A program made the position numbers and the translations under genes. Below are positions 60,764 to 64,000 of a stretch of DNA of 64,000 bases, one piece after another; positions within the stretch are counted from its first letter, which is position 1; each line of letters begins with the position of its first letter. Location: the IMG/VR virus record IMGVR_UViG_3300033405_000002, positions 32,001 through 96,000 of that record; one strand, given 5' to 3'. The notes below the pieces were generated by a model. That model saw only the letters and a list, made by a program, of their open reading frames with translations. It was not told where the DNA came from and did not search any database. Source of the DNA: a virus (Duplodnaviria; Heunggongvirae; Uroviricota; Caudoviricetes).

Positions 60764-62072
60764 TCAAATCTTAACGGGACAGATGTAATGCCGCCAACCT
60801 TCAGCGGGCTTGCTCATGTCCGAATACATATAGGCGTTTTCGGCAATCGGCTGCTTACACTGAGTGCAGATATACTGATCTTGCAGCGGCTTTTTGAAAG
60901 CCGCTCGAAGAGAGCTAGGCGTCGTCCCAAATTTGCCTAGCTTCTCCTCGATGGCGAAGCCGATCTGTCGCAGATCAGGGTTATCCGGCATTAGTCCTCA
61001 GTAATCGGGGTTGCCTTTTTTGTCGGCGCTGGCGTAGCGGCGGCAGTCGGTTCAACAGTTACAGCGGTCGGGGCAGGTGCAGGCTCAACCTTTGCCTTGG
61101 CAGCGGCGATCAGCTTCTCCGCTTCCGCCTTGGCTGCGGTCAACAGATTCTCGGCTGACTCTTCTGCCTGATCGAGCACGCGCTTTGCGGCCGCTTCAAT
61201 CTCTTCGGCTTTGCCTTCAGCCTTGGCGAGAATCGCCTTCGCCTTCGTCTCCGCTTCAGAGATCAGTTTCTTCACGTCAGTCTTCACATCGTCAACAACT
61301 GGCTTTGCGTCAGCAACCAGATCGTCGATAGCGGCCCCAGCTTCAGCCTGCGCGTTCAGCATGGCGGCGTAAGCCTTCGCCAGTGCTTCGGCGAACACAA
61401 CGTTGTCAAAGTTCGTGATGGTGACTTGACCTTCGGGGGTGTGTTGAATGCGTACTGACCAAGTTCCGTCAGGGTTCTTGACTGCGGTTGCGGGATGGGA
61501 CATCGGTACGGGCGTTGCCATGGTTAGTTCTCCTGTTGCAATTCTTGATAACGTTTGATTAGCTGCTCGCCTTGTGCAAGCTGCTCGTTCAAGGCACCAA
61601 CCTTTTCGGCGAGTTCCGCTCGCTTTTGGTCGGCGAGAGCCTGAAGCTCTTTCGATGTCATCTTCTCTGGGTTCTCGATGCCTAGCTCTCTTAGTTTAGC
61701 ATAAGCTTCGTCCCTTTTCGACTCCTGAACTTTGAACGTGCCGATGATCTCGTCGCGAGTGCTTTGCAGCGCCCTAACGCGGGTCTGGACTTCCTTCAGC
61801 GTTTCTTGGGTGACTTCAGGCATTTATGTTCCCTAGATTCCTTGAATTTCCTGCCTTACGAACTCGCGCCACACGGCTCTGGCGGCTGTCTTTGCCATGT
61901 CACGGGCTGGGATGCACTTCTCGCACGCCCAGTCTCCGGTTGGGGTTCCACCGCAGAAAAGGCAACACTCGCACGTAGGTAAACCGTTTTCGAACCGTTC
62001 GCGACAGAACTGACACGTGCGTTTAATTTCTATCGGCATTGATGCTCCATGGGCTTGCCGCACTTCGGGCAC
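60764..62072 (-). CDS. Hypothetical genes (60764-60991, 60991-61521 Ala/Glu/Lys-repeat helical protein, 61524-61823 coiled coil, 61833-62072)
   Basis: Tiling ORFs. Confidence 0.55.
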
Positions 62073-63187
62073 AACCCTTTCTTAAGCTCTGCTTGCGCTG
62101 CTGCGAGTTCTGTTTCAACCCCAGCCAATCTCTCAGCCGAACCCGTTAGCTCTCCCAGCAGCGCCGCGAGTGTTTCTAGGCGGTTAATACTGTTCCAGAG
62201 CCGAACTGACTCAGAAAAGACCGCTTCGGCACCGGAAAGGCTTGATTTGAGCTTATCCGTGCTTACGACATGCTTTCCTGCGGTTATAGCGCCTTCCAGA
62301 GCCGCGATCTCGTTCCAGAGTCTCCTAGCCCCATTCCAGCCGTCCGTGACGCTGGAAAGGCTGGCAATTGGTTTAGCGAGCCATCGAGCGTAAGCCCCGG
62401 CTTCTGCCGCCTGCTCCGCAAACGCAGCCTGACGATGAAGCTGTTCCAGCCCGGAGATGTCCGGCAGAACAATGGCTTCCATGATCTGGCGCAATGGCAC
62501 GATAGTCTGACGAACTTTGACAGCGGAGTCCAGCCAATAGGTCTCTGTTTCCAAGCGGCGGACGTGTTGTTCTAAATCGTGCAACTTATCACTAATTGCA
62601 TCACCCAGTGCAACCAGTTCGGCGAGTGCGGCCTTCTTTTCTTCGGACTCCCGAATCTGTCCCGCTATCGTGCGGGCTTCCGTGTCCTTCTGGGTCTTCC
62701 GTAGGTTGGCTTCTTTCTTCCCGGCTTCCAGCTTCTCAGTGCCGCCGAATGCACCAAGGATGGCGTTCACTTCAGTGGGCTTGTAGGTCAGGGGGTCAAT
62801 CAGAAATTGTGCGCTGTTCTGCCGTCCAAAGATGGGGTCTACATCGAAGTCGCCGATGACTACTTCACCAAACTTGAGTGCCTTCAGTTCGTCCGGCACG
62901 GCCCCGGCGAGCTTGGCAAAGTCTCTGCCGTCGATCTCGTATTTGGTGCTGCCTTTGTGGGAACGGTGTGCCGTGATGACATGTCCACCAATCTCACAGC
63001 GGACTTCCATGTCTTCGTCCTGATTGTCTCGGACAAAATCGGCTGGCAGTTCGTTACGGAAGATACCCTTGAGTGCGCGGAAGAGCGCAGACTTGCCCGT
63101 ATCAGATGGGCCAGTTAAGATCGTTAGGCCGTCAATTTCAAGATCGAAGTCAGCCCACGCTTGGAAGTTTTTGCCGGAGAGTCGCAC
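62030..63187 (-). CDS. SbcC/Rad50 N-terminal half ending at the zinc hook
   Basis: KNFQA, Walker A GPSDTGKS, Q-loop, coiled coil, terminal CPKCG. Confidence 0.88.
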   Translation of the reverse strand: MRLSGKNFQAWADFDLEIDGLTILTGPSDTGKSALFRALKGIFRNELPADFVRDNQDEDMEVRCEIGGHVITAHRSHKGSTKYEIDGRDFAKLAGAVPDELKALKFGEVVIGDFDVDPIFGRQNSAQFLIDPLTYKPTEVNAILGAFGGTEKLEAGKKEANLRKTQKDTEARTIAGQIRESEEKKAALAELVALGDAISDKLHDLEQHVRRLETETYWLDSAVKVRQTIVPLRQIMEAIVLPDISGLEQLHRQAAFAEQAAEAGAYARWLAKPIASLSSVTDGWNGARRLWNEIAALEGAITAGKHVVSTDKLKSSLSGAEAVFSESVRLWNSINRLETLAALLGELTGSAERLAGVETELAAAQAELKKGLCPKCGKPMEHQCR

Positions 63188-63206
63188 CTAATCTAATACT
63201 GCCAAA

Positions 63207-63479
63207 CTAGGCGGCTGGCGGCTCATCGTCCCACGGATACCACCAAGTGATGCGCTCGCCTTCTACGCGGCAAGGGATGCCAGCGGCGGTAAGCGTATCA
63301 CGAACTGAGTTGGAGTTGTGCTCGCTGACGATGAACGTGCCGGGGTCTTCCCCGGTTAGTGCCCACAGTAGCCCGCGCAACACGCCGCAGTTGTGGTTCA
63401 GGTGGTACGAGTTGCAACTGCCATTCATCGCGTCCATGCGATTGATAATGGCTCTTTGAATTCCTTCTCTATCAAGCAT
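63207..63479 (-). CDS. Hypothetical protein
   Basis: 90-aa ORF overlapping the upstream ORF end. Confidence 0.5.
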   Translation of the reverse strand: MLDREGIQRAIINRMDAMNGSCNSYHLNHNCGVLRGLLWALTGEDPGTFIVSEHNSNSVRDTLTAAGIPCRVEGERITWWYPWDDEPPAA

Positions 63480-64000
63480 TGATGCTGTCCTTAACCTTTT
63501 GGGCCGCGCAGCCAGCGATGATGCACGAGCCTACCCAGAGTAAAACACTGAAAACGATAAAGCCGGACAGCACGTCGATGACTCCGGGCGTTTTGTTTTT
63601 CATGCCATCACATCCAAATGTGGTCGCGAGACTGTTGGGCACTTCGGACATTTCTCTTTGAAGAACCACCCGCACTCGCACTCCACGTATTTCCCCAAGA
63701 GTTCCTTACGGAACATCTTTGCCGCGAATGCGTCTCCGTCCGGCGGGCGGATAGCATCAGGCTCCAACGGCGCTCTCTTAAACCACGGCTTAGCCTTCAT
63801 TGATAGCCATATTCACTGCCGAAAGACTCGGTGTGCTTCCAGAAATTCCAGAAGTGGCGGTCGGCGCAAGCCCAGAAAAATACAGGCACGATCACTGGCT
63901 CTTGGTAAAGCCGCATCTTACAACCGCACTTGCAAACCGGGGGATTTTCTTCGGTGTATTTCATGGGTTTTTCCAGCCTAAAATTTTCCAGCCGTCTTCG

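Overview
A 64-kb segment of a large tailed-phage genome, almost entirely coded on the minus strand. The host is probably an Acidobacteriota (inferred from a Flp pilin and a DUF5715 protein that resemble those of that phylum). It carries virion genes (SGNH tail-spike-like protein, 1804-aa repeat protein, DUF2793 protein, portal), replication/repair genes (family A DNA polymerase, 5'-3' exonuclease, DnaX, probable clamp, SbcD and a two-gene SbcC, Ogt, NADAR), a NusG paralogue, homing endonucleases and a ~14-kb RNA/translation island (39.7-54.0 kb) with 21 intact tRNAs. The most notable signal is a set of translation-sensing switches. (1) The Tyr/Leu tRNA cluster lies behind a Leu/Tyr-codon leader peptide with a terminator/antiterminator. 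(2) The Pro/CAU/Phe cluster lies behind a Pro/Met/Phe-codon leader peptide. (3) An IF3 C-domain gene starts at AUA. (4) An RF1-type release factor needs a prfB-style +1 frameshift at CUU-UGA. Together these suggest an on-demand backup of host translation components (inference). The island also holds atypical tRNAs, a YrlA-like Y RNA, a raiA-like RNA, a ~630-nt structured RNA and several small structured RNAs. All calls come from manual reading; no database search was run.
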